From a virus: 64,000 nucleotides of DNA. Location of the stretch: positions 1 to 64,000 of the IMG/VR virus record IMGVR_UViG_3300030090_007211; one strand, written 5' to 3'. The notes beneath the pieces are model-generated. The model was not told the origin of the DNA. It did no database searches and was given only the letters and a program-made list of their open reading frames with translations. How positions within the stretch are numbered: position 1 is the first letter of the stretch; every line of letters starts with the position of its first letter. The translations under genes were made by a program, and so were the position numbers. This document shows, piece after piece, positions 1 through 10,022 of the stretch.

Positions 1-81
1 ACCATAATAGAATTTATTATCTATCTCTGGATGGTTACTTGTTGAAGATTCGTTTTTTCGGATTGCATTTGAATTATTCAT
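1..81 (-). CDS. 5' end of a hypothetical protein running off the window (MNNSNAIRKNESSTSNHPEIDNKFYYG...)
   Basis: ATG at 81, open frame to the window edge, divergent from gene 197. Confidence 0.5.
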   Translation of the reverse strand, partial: MNNSNAIRKNESSTSNHPEIDNKFYYG

Positions 82-196
82 AGTTGTTTGATTTTGTTAA
101 CACTAAATTACAAAAAATTTTTTAAACTGCCAAATAATTTTTAAAAAACTTTAGTTTATTACTATTATTACTTATATTTCCATAAAAAGTATACTT

Positions 197-1456
197 ATGG
201 CAAAAATTAAAGTTTTAGTGGTACCAAGTGATAGAACTGGGGTATCATATTTTCGTTCAACTATACCCCATATTAAATTAGAAGAATATTTTTCTGATGA
301 ATTTCATGTAGATATTGATTATGAACCACAATTGTATAACGATGATTTTTTAAAACAATATGATATTATTCATTATCATCGTACTTTAGGTGATTATGAA
401 AGAATAAATGAAGTTTTAGATAGATGTGATAAATTAGGGGTTGCAACTATTATGGATATAGATGATTATTGGTCACCAGGACCCAATCATCCTGCGTGGG
501 AGATAATAAAAAAACACCAATTAGATAGAAAGATTGTAGATAATTTAAAATGTGCTAGAAATATTACTACCACTACACCTATTTTTAAAGAAACTATGAA
601 ACCTTATAATAAGAATATTTTTGTTTTACCTAATGCGATTAATCCTCAAGAAAAACAGTTTATTAACAAAACTGAAAAACATAAACGAGTAAGGATAGGT
701 TGGTTAGGGGGTTCTTCCCATTTAAAAGATTTAGAAATCTTATCTACTGTTGTATCATCTTTTAAAAGAGATAATTTATTAGATAAGGTGCAATTCGTAT
801 TATGTGGGTACGATTTAAGAGGTACAATGACTACTATTGATAGGGCAACTGGTAAAGAAAAAACACGACCAATTAAACCTACTGAAAGTGTATGGTATCA
901 ATATGAAAAGATATTCACCGATAATTATAACATTGTAAGTGAAGAATATAAAAATTTCTTACTTACTTTTGAACAAAAAGAATATGATAATGTAGATAAT
1001 GAACCATATAGGAGAGTATGGACTAAACCCATTACTAGTTATGCGGCTAACTATAATCTATTTGATGTTTCTTTAGCACCATTAAAACATAGTAAATTTA
1101 ATGAGGTAAAATCCCAATTAAAAGTTATTGAGGCAGGATTTCATAAAAAAGCGTTAATTGCTCAGGAATTTGGACCTTATGAAATAGATATTATTAATGC
1201 CTATGAAAGAGGTGGTAATATTAATACAGAAACAGGTAATGGTATTCTTATACCGGATAATAAAAATCATAAATTTTGGTATAAGCATTTAAAAACTTTA
1301 GTTTTAAATCCTGACCTTATAACTAAACTAGGGGAAAATTTATATAACACTGTAAATGGTAAATACGACATGAAATCAGTATGTGAAGAAAGAAAAAATC
1401 TTTATAAATCTTTAGTTAAAAAAACAAAATTAGTGGGGGTTGAAAATGTGAGTTAA
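197..1456 (+). CDS. GT-B (GT4-like) glycosyltransferase
   Basis: DIDDYW, RIGWLGGSSHxxDL and FNEVKSQLKVIEAG motifs typical of phage GT4-like proteins. Confidence 0.8.
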   Translation: MAKIKVLVVPSDRTGVSYFRSTIPHIKLEEYFSDEFHVDIDYEPQLYNDDFLKQYDIIHYHRTLGDYERINEVLDRCDKLGVATIMDIDDYWSPGPNHPAWEIIKKHQLDRKIVDNLKCARNITTTTPIFKETMKPYNKNIFVLPNAINPQEKQFINKTEKHKRVRIGWLGGSSHLKDLEILSTVVSSFKRDNLLDKVQFVLCGYDLRGTMTTIDRATGKEKTRPIKPTESVWYQYEKIFTDNYNIVSEEYKNFLLTFEQKEYDNVDNEPYRRVWTKPITSYAANYNLFDVSLAPLKHSKFNEVKSQLKVIEAGFHKKALIAQEFGPYEIDIINAYERGGNINTETGNGILIPDNKNHKFWYKHLKTLVLNPDLITKLGENLYNTVNGKYDMKSVCEERKNLYKSLVKKTKLVGVENVS

Positions 1457-1462
1457 ATTACT

Positions 1463-1470
1463 TATATTTG
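1463..1470 (+). promoter_or_regulatory. Bacteroidetes-type -7 promoter element TATATTTG
   Basis: Matches TAnnTTTG 20 nt upstream of ATG 1491; similar TATATTTC at 173-180 upstream of gene 197. Confidence 0.6.
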
Positions 1471-1490
1471 ATAATAAAAAATAATTGGCT

Positions 1491-2075
1491 ATGGAAAATA
1501 CAATAGAACTAAAACATAAAATATTAAAAAATAAAGAAACCTTTTTAGAAAAAAATACTTTATATGGTGTGTTAACTACAGAATTATTAGATTTTTTAGG
1601 TGAAGATTTAATTACGGCACCGGCATCATCAATGACATCCTTACATAATGCTTTTCCTGGTGGATTAGTAGATCATATTCTTAAAACCACTAAATATGCA
1701 ATAGGAATTAACAAATTATTACCAGAGAATGTACAAGTAGACGCACACTCAATTATTAAAGTATGTTTTTTACATCAGATAGGTAAAACATTTCTTTATA
1801 AACCAAATGATAGCGAATGGCATCGAAAGAATCAAGGAAAGATGTATGAATTTAATGAAGATGTAACATCAATGAAAATAGGGGAAAGATCTATCTATTA
1901 TTCTATGAAGTACGGTGTGGATTTAAGTGAAGAAGAATATCAAGCCATTATTAATTATGATAAAACAGAAGAGGATAAACAAGCCAAATGGTATGGTGGT
2001 ACACTTTCCACTATCTTAAAACAAGCGAATGATTTGGCAATAATAGAAGAAAAAAATAATTCAAATGGGAATTAA
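1491..2075 (+). CDS. HD-domain (YhaM-like) protein with degenerate HD motif
   Basis: HNAFPGGLVDH...LHQIGK...QAND resembles HHxxxGGLxxH...LHDxGK...D. Confidence 0.65.
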   Translation: MENTIELKHKILKNKETFLEKNTLYGVLTTELLDFLGEDLITAPASSMTSLHNAFPGGLVDHILKTTKYAIGINKLLPENVQVDAHSIIKVCFLHQIGKTFLYKPNDSEWHRKNQGKMYEFNEDVTSMKIGERSIYYSMKYGVDLSEEEYQAIINYDKTEEDKQAKWYGGTLSTILKQANDLAIIEEKNNSNGN

Positions 2076-2655
2076 TGAAGAGTTAAAAGATATTAAAATT
2101 TTACAGGATATGTTAAATAAACTTAACAATCCACAAGGAGTGGAAGATTATAATAAAATTATTGAGGATATTGAAAAAATACAATCTAACGATTATTCAA
2201 ATATAAATTATAATACTACTTATTTTACCAATGATTCTAATAATGAGGATCCTACTTACGCTAAAGAAGGTGATAGTGGATTTGATTTACGAGCATTTAT
2301 TAATGAGCCCGTTACATTAAAACCATTGGAAAGAAAACTTATTCCTACAGGTTTAAAATTTCAATTACCTACTAATACAGAATTACAGGTAAGACCAAGA
2401 TCAGGTATGGCGTATAAACATGGAATTAGTGTTTTAAATACTCCAGGAACTGTGGATGAGGGATATAGAGGCGATGTAGGAATAATCGCAATAAATTTAA
2501 GTAATGAAACCTACACCATCCAACCAGGTGAAAGAATTGCCCAAGGGGTTATTATGAATGTATTAGGGTCTAATTTAAGTAAATTAGTAAAAAAAGAAGA
2601 ACTGAATGAAACAGAAAGAGGATCTACAGGTTTTGGGAGTACAGGCAAAAATTGA
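2065..2655 (+). CDS. dut: trimeric dUTPase
   Basis: SGFDL, RPRSG, GTVDEGYRG, RIAQ and RGSTGFGSTG motifs. Confidence 0.97.
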   Translation: MGINEELKDIKILQDMLNKLNNPQGVEDYNKIIEDIEKIQSNDYSNINYNTTYFTNDSNNEDPTYAKEGDSGFDLRAFINEPVTLKPLERKLIPTGLKFQLPTNTELQVRPRSGMAYKHGISVLNTPGTVDEGYRGDVGIIAINLSNETYTIQPGERIAQGVIMNVLGSNLSKLVKKEELNETERGSTGFGSTGKN

Positions 2656-3040
2656 TGTCGCATTTCATGAAGATGATCGAGCACAAAGATTGTTAGATGT
2701 TTTCCCATTAGATAAAGGACAAATTAATATAAGTTATATAAATTCCACTGAACCCATTGTTGCGTGGCATAAACATAAACACCAAACAGATTATTGGTTA
2801 TGTATAAAAGGATCTTTAAAAGTGGGGTGGGCAACAGAAGAAAATGGGTGTGAATTTAAATACCTTTCAGATAAAGAATTAAAAATATTAGAAATTCCTC
2901 CAGGAGTTTATCATGGTTATCAAGCATTAGAGCCTAACACTATCTTAGTTTATTATGTTACTAAAAAATATGATCCCACTGATGAATATAGGGTGCCGGT
3001 AGGACATTTTGATGAAAATTGGGAAATAGAAAATAAATAA
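2606..3040 (+). CDS. dTDP-4-dehydrorhamnose 3,5-epimerase-like cupin
   Basis: HEDDR, AWHKHKHQTD, IPPGVYHGY, YDPTDE; start uncertain. Confidence 0.8.
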   Translation: MKQKEDLQVLGVQAKIDVAFHEDDRAQRLLDVFPLDKGQINISYINSTEPIVAWHKHKHQTDYWLCIKGSLKVGWATEENGCEFKYLSDKELKILEIPPGVYHGYQALEPNTILVYYVTKKYDPTDEYRVPVGHFDENWEIENK

Positions 3041-3043
3041 CTT

Positions 3044-3202
3044 ATGGATGCGATTAAAAAATTAGAACAGGAAATAAAAAAAGTTAAGATTGAACTTACT
3101 ATGGGTGGTTATCATTCAGGATGGGGTATCAAAGCATATGAAGATAAATTAGTTAAATTAGAAGATAGACTAAAAAAATTAAAAAAAATTAAAAATGATT
3201 AG
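3044..3202 (+). CDS. 52-aa coiled-coil hypothetical protein (MDAIKKLEQEIKK...), not in ORF track
   Basis: Fills the gap between the cupin and GT2 genes; ATG to TAG overlapping the next start. Confidence 0.65.
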   Translation: MDAIKKLEQEIKKVKIELTMGGYHSGWGIKAYEDKLVKLEDRLKKLKKIKND

Positions 3203-4736
3203 TGTTGTTTTCTCGACTAGAAAAGATAAACCCGATTTTATAGAACATTTAAAAAAAACTTCTGGTGTTCATAAATTAGAAGTAATACAAATAATTAATG
3301 ATGGGGAAATGTCTCTAACAGAGGCATATAATAAAGGATTAAAAGATTCTCAAAATAATATAGTAGTTTTTTGTCATGATGATGTTATATTTACCACAAA
3401 AAATTGGGGTAAAAAAATAAAATCTTTATTTGAAAAAAATGGGGATTACGGTATTATTGGTATTGCAGGCACAACTGATTTAGTTGATGGTAAATGGTGG
3501 ACAATTAAAGAATCAATGAATGGGATTGTCTCACATCAACACGAAGGTAAAAAATGGACAAATTATTATTCTAAAGATCAAGGAAATAAACTTAAAGAAA
3601 TGGTAGTTTTAGATGGTTTATTTTTTGGTGTTGATAAAGAAAAAATAAACCATGATTTCGATGAGTCTTTTGATGGTTTTCATTTTTATGATTTATCTTT
3701 TTGTTTCCCCAATTATTTAGATGGTGTAAAAATTGGTGTGACAACCCTTATTAGACTTACCCATTTATCTATAGGAATGACTAATGATGATTGGGAAAAA
3801 AAGAAACTCCAGTTTGAGGAAAAATATAAAGATCATTTACCAATTAGACTCACCAATAATAAAACATGGGAAGAAAAATTAGAGTTTAAACCTGAAAGTA
3901 TTGGGTTTGGTATGGTTACTTATAACGCAGAGCATAGAATAAAACAGAGTGCGTTTACAGTACCTAAATGGATTAAAAATTTTGTTATAGTAAATGATGG
4001 TACACCTTATAACGAAGATGCCTATCCTTCTCACGCAACAATCCTACAACATGAAACTAATAAATCTGTTGGTGCAGCTAAAACTACTGCAATAAATTAT
4101 TTAATGGAAAAAGAATGTGAACATATTTTTATAATGGAGGATGATATACTAATTAAGGATGAGAATGTATTTGAAGAGTATATTAAACATTCTTTAATTT
4201 CAGGTATTAAACATTTGAATTTTGCGTTACATGGACCAGCAAATAAAAAAGGTAGTCAAGGTTTTAAAGATTTAAATGAGAGAAAAGATTTAGATGGTGA
4301 GCCTAACCCACGTATGGTTATACCTTATGATACTGGAGATGAAAATAATCCTAAAATAACCATTGCGTTATATCCAAATTGTGTAGGTGCATTTTCTTAT
4401 TATTATAGACCCGTATTGGAAGATATTGGAGGATTTGATCCCGCCTTTAAAAATGCTTGGGAACATGTGGAACATACATTTCAAGCAATTAAAAAAGGGT
4501 ATCACCCCGCATTTTGGTATTTTGCAGATATAGATAGAAGTTGGGAATATTTGACAGATATACCTAATTCCATTGAGGAAAGCACTATTGCTCACACCCC
4601 TACTTGGAATGAAAATTTTCGCAAAGGAACTTTATGGTATAAACGTAAGCATGGTATGACACCTACAGAAACTCCTGTTGCAACACCAGAACAAGTTCAA
4701 CAACAATTACAAATAATGATACAAAAAAGAGGTTAA
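3195..4736 (+). CDS. two-domain GT2-family glycosyltransferase
   Basis: N-domain FCHDDV and FHFYD; C-domain VNDGT, MEDDI, EHVEH. Confidence 0.85.
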   Translation: MISVVFSTRKDKPDFIEHLKKTSGVHKLEVIQIINDGEMSLTEAYNKGLKDSQNNIVVFCHDDVIFTTKNWGKKIKSLFEKNGDYGIIGIAGTTDLVDGKWWTIKESMNGIVSHQHEGKKWTNYYSKDQGNKLKEMVVLDGLFFGVDKEKINHDFDESFDGFHFYDLSFCFPNYLDGVKIGVTTLIRLTHLSIGMTNDDWEKKKLQFEEKYKDHLPIRLTNNKTWEEKLEFKPESIGFGMVTYNAEHRIKQSAFTVPKWIKNFVIVNDGTPYNEDAYPSHATILQHETNKSVGAAKTTAINYLMEKECEHIFIMEDDILIKDENVFEEYIKHSLISGIKHLNFALHGPANKKGSQGFKDLNERKDLDGEPNPRMVIPYDTGDENNPKITIALYPNCVGAFSYYYRPVLEDIGGFDPAFKNAWEHVEHTFQAIKKGYHPAFWYFADIDRSWEYLTDIPNSIEESTIAHTPTWNENFRKGTLWYKRKHGMTPTETPVATPEQVQQQLQIMIQKRG

Positions 4737-5527
4737 TGGAAAAATATGATTTAAATGATTGTACTTTCGGTATTAATATTAGATTTACTACCGAAGATAG
4801 AAAAAGGAATATAAAATTAGTAATTGAACATCTATTAAAATATTTAGATACTAATATTATTATTGCTGAAGAAGATAAAACTTCTATTTTTCCTGAATTA
4901 ATTCCTACTATTCAGGGATGGGATGAAAATAAATGTAAATATATTTTTATAGAATCATCTAATGAATTTATGGGTAAAACAAAATCTTTTAATAAAATAT
5001 TTTATGAAGTTAACACACCCATTTATGTTTTACAGGATGCAGATGTTATATGTTCACCTGAAATGTATTTAGAAGCCGCCAATCAAGTTAGAAAACAACA
5101 GTCAGAATTTTGTTACTCATTTGATGGTAATTGTTTTAATGTACCGGAAGATATTATCCCTCTTTTCGAAAAAGATTTAGATTATAATGTTTTAACTCAT
5201 GAAAACACACATCAATTTAGTGATAGATCACCAGGCGGATCCATCTTTATTGATAGTCAATATTATGTGATTGCGGGAATGGATAATGAAAATATGAAAG
5301 CATGGGGATATGATGACGATGAAAGAGTAACTAGGTTTAGAAAACTAGGATTAACAGTTAAAAGAGTAGATGGGACATTATATCATTTAAATCATGAACG
5401 TACACAAAATAGTACACAGAGTAATCAAACACTCATAAATAGAAATGAATTACAAAGAATTTCTCGTATGAATACAGGAGAATTAATAAAAGAAATAAAA
5501 AGTTGGGGTTGGGTAAAAAAACAATAA
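4736..5527 (+). CDS. GT2/GT7-type (galactosyltransferase-like) glycosyltransferase
   Basis: DADV DxD motif, WGYDDDE, LYHLNH. Confidence 0.8.
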   Translation: MEKYDLNDCTFGINIRFTTEDRKRNIKLVIEHLLKYLDTNIIIAEEDKTSIFPELIPTIQGWDENKCKYIFIESSNEFMGKTKSFNKIFYEVNTPIYVLQDADVICSPEMYLEAANQVRKQQSEFCYSFDGNCFNVPEDIIPLFEKDLDYNVLTHENTHQFSDRSPGGSIFIDSQYYVIAGMDNENMKAWGYDDDERVTRFRKLGLTVKRVDGTLYHLNHERTQNSTQSNQTLINRNELQRISRMNTGELIKEIKSWGWVKKQ

Positions 5528-5529
5528 AT

Positions 5530-6330
5530 ATGGAAGAAATAAAAGTATGGTATTACAAAGAAGGAACAAGAAATAATTTTGGGGATTTTTTAGGAGATTA
5601 TATTCCTCGAAAATTATCCAATAAAAAAATCATCTATACCCCCGTACAAAGCCCTAACATGAAATATGTTACGGTTGGTAGTGTTTTAAATCATATGATT
5701 GGTATAAATAAAAATTGTATTATTTGGGGTTCTGGTATTATGACTAAAAATGATACTATACCAAAAGGAGTTAAATTATTGGCCGTTAGGGGACCTTATA
5801 CTCAGGAAAGATTAAGAAAATTAGATATTACCCCACCGGAAATAATAGGGGATCCTGCATTAATCTTAAAAAAGATTTATAATCCTTCTGTAGAAAAAAA
5901 ATATAAGTTAGGTATAATACCTCATTACGTAGATTATGAATATGTAAAAAATAAATTAAAAGATAATAAAGAAATAAAAGTTATTGATTTAATAACTAAT
6001 GATATAGAAAAAACAATTGATGAGATTATAAGTTGTGAAAATACTATTTCTAGTTCTTTACACGGCGTAATTGTCTCACATACATATGACATACCTTCAG
6101 TATGGGTTAAATTTTCTAATAAATTATTTGGTAATAGTGTTGCTATGGGTAACAATATAAAATTTAGAGATTATTTTACATCGGTAGGTATAAAACCTTA
6201 TGATGGTTTAAATTATATAAATAAAGAAATAAAAATTGAGGATGTGTTGAAAGATATTGAAAATAATGAAAATCTAATAGTTGATTTTGATTTTGATAAA
6301 TTAATGGAATCATGTCCTTTTTTAAAATAA
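5530..6330 (+). CDS. polysaccharide pyruvyl transferase
   Basis: NFGD, IWGSG, AVRGPYT, GDPA, IIPHY, SSSLHGVIVS. Confidence 0.9.
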   Translation: MEEIKVWYYKEGTRNNFGDFLGDYIPRKLSNKKIIYTPVQSPNMKYVTVGSVLNHMIGINKNCIIWGSGIMTKNDTIPKGVKLLAVRGPYTQERLRKLDITPPEIIGDPALILKKIYNPSVEKKYKLGIIPHYVDYEYVKNKLKDNKEIKVIDLITNDIEKTIDEIISCENTISSSLHGVIVSHTYDIPSVWVKFSNKLFGNSVAMGNNIKFRDYFTSVGIKPYDGLNYINKEIKIEDVLKDIENNENLIVDFDFDKLMESCPFLK

Positions 6331-6337
6331 AAATTAT

Positions 6338-6991
6338 ATGGCAAATGGTATATATAAAGTAACAGAAGATTTTGAGACAGCATTATCAAAATATACTGGC
6401 GCACCTTATGTTGTTACGGTAGATAATATGTCTAATGCATTATTTTTATCATTATATTATGAAAAAAATATTATTAAAAGATTAAAAGACGATTTTATTA
6501 AAATTCCTAATAGGACTTATCCATCAGTCCCATGTGAAATAATACATGCCGGCTTAAAAGTAGAATTTGAACCTGTATCTGGTAAAACGATTAAAGGTGA
6601 TTATCAGTTAAAACCTAGTAGAGTTATAGATTCGGCTTTAAGATTTACAGGTGATATGTATAAATCTAAATCACATACCTGTATTTCATTCACTGGACCC
6701 TACAAACATTTTAAATTATCTAAAGGGGGTGCAATATTAACAGATGACAAAGAAGCTTATAGGTGGTTTAAAAGGGCAAGATATTCTGGTAGAAGAGAAT
6801 GTTCCTATCATGAAGATAATTTGGATATGTTAGGGTGGAATTTTTACATGATGCCTGAGTTAGCTGCACGAGGTTTACTATTAATGAATCAATTTTATAA
6901 TAGAGATGGTAGTAAGGTGTTTAATAATGATTTAGAGTTACCATACCCTAATTTAAGTAAATTTAAAATATATACACAAAACAATGATTAA
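6338..6991 (+). CDS. short DegT/DnrJ/EryC1/StrS-family PLP aminotransferase
   Basis: FETAL..Y.G...VTVDNMSNAL, IDSA, SFTGPYK (PLP lysine), GGAILTD, GWNFYM. Confidence 0.85.
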   Translation: MANGIYKVTEDFETALSKYTGAPYVVTVDNMSNALFLSLYYEKNIIKRLKDDFIKIPNRTYPSVPCEIIHAGLKVEFEPVSGKTIKGDYQLKPSRVIDSALRFTGDMYKSKSHTCISFTGPYKHFKLSKGGAILTDDKEAYRWFKRARYSGRRECSYHEDNLDMLGWNFYMMPELAARGLLLMNQFYNRDGSKVFNNDLELPYPNLSKFKIYTQNND

Positions 6992-7829
6992 TAATCCTAT
7001 ATTTATAATATCAAACCCAAGATCGGGTAGTTCAGTTTTTAGAATGGTTTTAAATAACTCTGATGATTCTATTTTTCCACCTGAATGTGGGTTTATACAA
7101 TGGTTATATGACAAATATAAAAATTGGAGTAATGTTAAAATTAGTGAGTTTGTAAGTGACGTTCTTAATTCTAAAAAAATGGAGGGATGGTACTTAGATA
7201 AAGATGGTTTATATAACCATATTGAAAAAAATAACCCTAAAAATTATGGTGAAGCTTGTTTTTATGTTTACCAATACTATGGTAAAAAATTAAATAAAAA
7301 TATTAAAGTATGGGGGGATAAAAATAATTATTACATAGATTATTTAGACACCTTAAAGGATATATATCCTAATGCGAAATTTATATGGTTACATAGAGAT
7401 CCTAGAGATGTTTGTTCATCTTATCTAAAACTAGATGATTTATCAGACGAAATAAAATATAAACCCAAAGTACCTAAAGACATTAAAAATATATTCAGTA
7501 ATTTAAAAAATAACCAAAATAAAATATATAATTTCTTTAATGAGGTTGATAACGATAAAAAATTTATCATTTCTTTTGAAGATTTTATAACTCAAAATCC
7601 AAAATCAATTAAAGATTTAGGTTTATTTACTGAATTAGATATTATAACATCTATTAATAATTTTAATAAAAAGAAATACTTTGATGAGCCTACTATTACT
7701 ATATCTTGGAAGAAAAAAATTAAAGAAAATTTAGATGGTAAATATTTAAAAACCTATACTAATCATAAATTTTCGGAAAAAATAGAAGAAGAATATAAAA
7801 AAATTAAATGGGACATAAATGTATATTAA
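6984..7829 (+). CDS. sulfotransferase
   Basis: PIFII..PRSGSS PAPS-binding loop, WGDK, FIWLHRDPRDVCSS. Confidence 0.9.
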   Translation: MINNPIFIISNPRSGSSVFRMVLNNSDDSIFPPECGFIQWLYDKYKNWSNVKISEFVSDVLNSKKMEGWYLDKDGLYNHIEKNNPKNYGEACFYVYQYYGKKLNKNIKVWGDKNNYYIDYLDTLKDIYPNAKFIWLHRDPRDVCSSYLKLDDLSDEIKYKPKVPKDIKNIFSNLKNNQNKIYNFFNEVDNDKKFIISFEDFITQNPKSIKDLGLFTELDIITSINNFNKKKYFDEPTITISWKKKIKENLDGKYLKTYTNHKFSEKIEEEYKKIKWDINVY

Positions 7830-8586
7830 AAATAATCTAACCATAGAAGAAACCATAGATATTATAAAAGATCACATTCACAGAAGTGAGGGCCTTTCTT
7901 TAACTAGGTTTGGTGATGGGGAAATTTTTTTATTAAATAGGAATTCCCCGAAATACCATCAAATACGTAAATGTAGACACTGGGGGTATAAATACCCTCA
8001 AGAGGTTAATAAATTATATAATGACACAAATAAATCATTAATAAAAGCACTAAAAGAAAGTGATATTATAGGGATAATGGGTAAAAATAATATACTTAAT
8101 AAAAAAATGACGTTTAAGGAATCAGCATGGTCAATTAAAAAACAAAAATTGATATCCTACGGCATCAATCCAGAAACATTAAAAATAACTGATCAGATGA
8201 TATCTAGAGATATAAGATTTGGTAAAATTAGTAATTTTAAAGAAATATTACAAGGAAAAAGTCTTAATATAATATCACCTCACACAGAAAAGCTTAAATC
8301 TAAAAATTTATCTAAAATACTTGAGGCTAATGTAACTTATACACACCACCCATTTAGTATAAATTTTAAAAATAAAGAGGAATTTATAAAAAATTTTAAA
8401 GATATAAAATCTGATGTTGTTTTATTCGGTACTGGAAATATAAAAGATTATGGTGTTGAATTAAAAGAAAAATATAATAAAATTGCCATTGACGTTGGTT
8501 GTTTATTGGATGCGTGGGCATCTATATATAGTAGAGATTGGTTTAAAAAGGGTAATTTACAACATTATTTAATAATTAAAAAATAA
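7819..8586 (+). CDS. GT-D fold-like glycosyltransferase
   Basis: SLTRFGDGE and AIDVG..LDAW motifs. Confidence 0.7.
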   Translation: MYIKNNLTIEETIDIIKDHIHRSEGLSLTRFGDGEIFLLNRNSPKYHQIRKCRHWGYKYPQEVNKLYNDTNKSLIKALKESDIIGIMGKNNILNKKMTFKESAWSIKKQKLISYGINPETLKITDQMISRDIRFGKISNFKEILQGKSLNIISPHTEKLKSKNLSKILEANVTYTHHPFSINFKNKEEFIKNFKDIKSDVVLFGTGNIKDYGVELKEKYNKIAIDVGCLLDAWASIYSRDWFKKGNLQHYLIIKK

Positions 8587-8625
8587 CTTTAAGGATGACT
8601 TTAAAGTTTTTTAATATAAAATGTT

Positions 8626-9486
8626 ATGACAAAAATTTATTTCCCAAATGCGTGGGGTGAAAATAACGTACTTAATATGTTTATTCACCAATCCCCAAAT
8701 AATAAAGGGGTTTGGGGAGATATAGAAGCAGTTACTAATAAAAATGAGGCTGATTATATAGTGGTTCAAGATAATACAAGTGAAAATGTAGATTATAGTA
8801 AAGTAATCTTTTTTGGGAGAGAGCCTAGCTATATACAAGGTATAAACCCAAAATGGGTAAAAAATAAATGTTTTAGATTTTTTCATCATAGTAAAAATAA
8901 TTCATGGATGCCTCAAACTTGGTGGTTAGGTTTAGACTATTCCACATTACTAAAGATGGAAAATTTTAAAAAAACTAAAAATCTTTCAATGATCGAATCA
9001 GGTAAAAGAATGGCAAGTGGTCATATAAAACGTAATAATATTTTACAAGAAATAATAAAAAAATATCCTAATGATATAGATGTTTATGGGAAAATATGTG
9101 GGAATAGAAAAAATATTAAACCTTACAAAACTATATTACCCTATCGTAAAAAAGAAAAAGGGTTGTTAGAATATAGGTATAATTTAGCCATTGAAAATGG
9201 TAGTACAGATTACTATTTTTCTGAGAAAATTGTTGATCCTTTACTTTGTTGGACAATGCCGATATACTGGGGGTGTAAAAAAATAGATAAATTTCTTCCC
9301 AAAGAGTCTTATATCCTATTGGATATGAATAAAAAAGGTGTCGCAGAAGAAATAATAAAAATTTCTAAAAGTGATATAAGAGAAAAAAATATTGATTACA
9401 TAAAAGAAGCTAGGGAAGTAATTTTAAATAAATATAATTTATGGCCCTCAATAGAAAGGTCAATTAAAAATGAAAAAATGTTATGA
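8626..9486 (+). CDS. GT10-family alpha-1,3-fucosyltransferase-like protein
   Basis: YRYNLAIEN...YFSEKI.D.....MPIYWG is the GT10 signature. Confidence 0.85.
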   Translation: MTKIYFPNAWGENNVLNMFIHQSPNNKGVWGDIEAVTNKNEADYIVVQDNTSENVDYSKVIFFGREPSYIQGINPKWVKNKCFRFFHHSKNNSWMPQTWWLGLDYSTLLKMENFKKTKNLSMIESGKRMASGHIKRNNILQEIIKKYPNDIDVYGKICGNRKNIKPYKTILPYRKKEKGLLEYRYNLAIENGSTDYYFSEKIVDPLLCWTMPIYWGCKKIDKFLPKESYILLDMNKKGVAEEIIKISKSDIREKNIDYIKEAREVILNKYNLWPSIERSIKNEKML

Positions 9487-10016
9487 AATTACATTTAGGT
9501 TGTGGTGATAAAATCATTGATGGATTTGTTAATGTAGATATTCGAAAAAATGTGGGTGTAGATTTAATAGATGATATTTCTCTTTTATCTTCTATAAAAA
9601 ATAATAGTGTAGATTTAATATATGCGTGTCATGTATTAGAGCATTTTGATAGAAATAATTATGAAAAAGTTTTAAAAAGATGGTATGAAGTATTATCTGC
9701 TGAAGGAGTATTAAGATTGTCTGTGCCAGATTTAGGAAAAGTTTTTCACTCTTATGTTGAAGATGGAATAGAATTAGAACAATTAATGGGATTTCTTTAT
9801 GGTGGTCAAACATATAAAGAAAATTATCATTATGTGGGTTTTGATAAATCGACTTTATCTAAAAAATTAAAAAATATAGGATTTAAAAGAGTTGAGGAGT
9901 GGAACTGGAGAGAAACCGATCATTCTCATATAGATGATTTTTCTCAAGCATATATACCCCATATGGATAAAAATAATGGTAAACTAATGAGTTTAAATTT
10001 GATAGCGGTTAAATAA
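9483..10016 (+). CDS. class I SAM-dependent methyltransferase
   Basis: LHLGCG, HVLEH, L..EG.LRLSVPD. Confidence 0.9.
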   Translation: MKLHLGCGDKIIDGFVNVDIRKNVGVDLIDDISLLSSIKNNSVDLIYACHVLEHFDRNNYEKVLKRWYEVLSAEGVLRLSVPDLGKVFHSYVEDGIELEQLMGFLYGGQTYKENYHYVGFDKSTLSKKLKNIGFKRVEEWNWRETDHSHIDDFSQAYIPHMDKNNGKLMSLNLIAVK

Positions 10017-10022
10017 TAAAAG

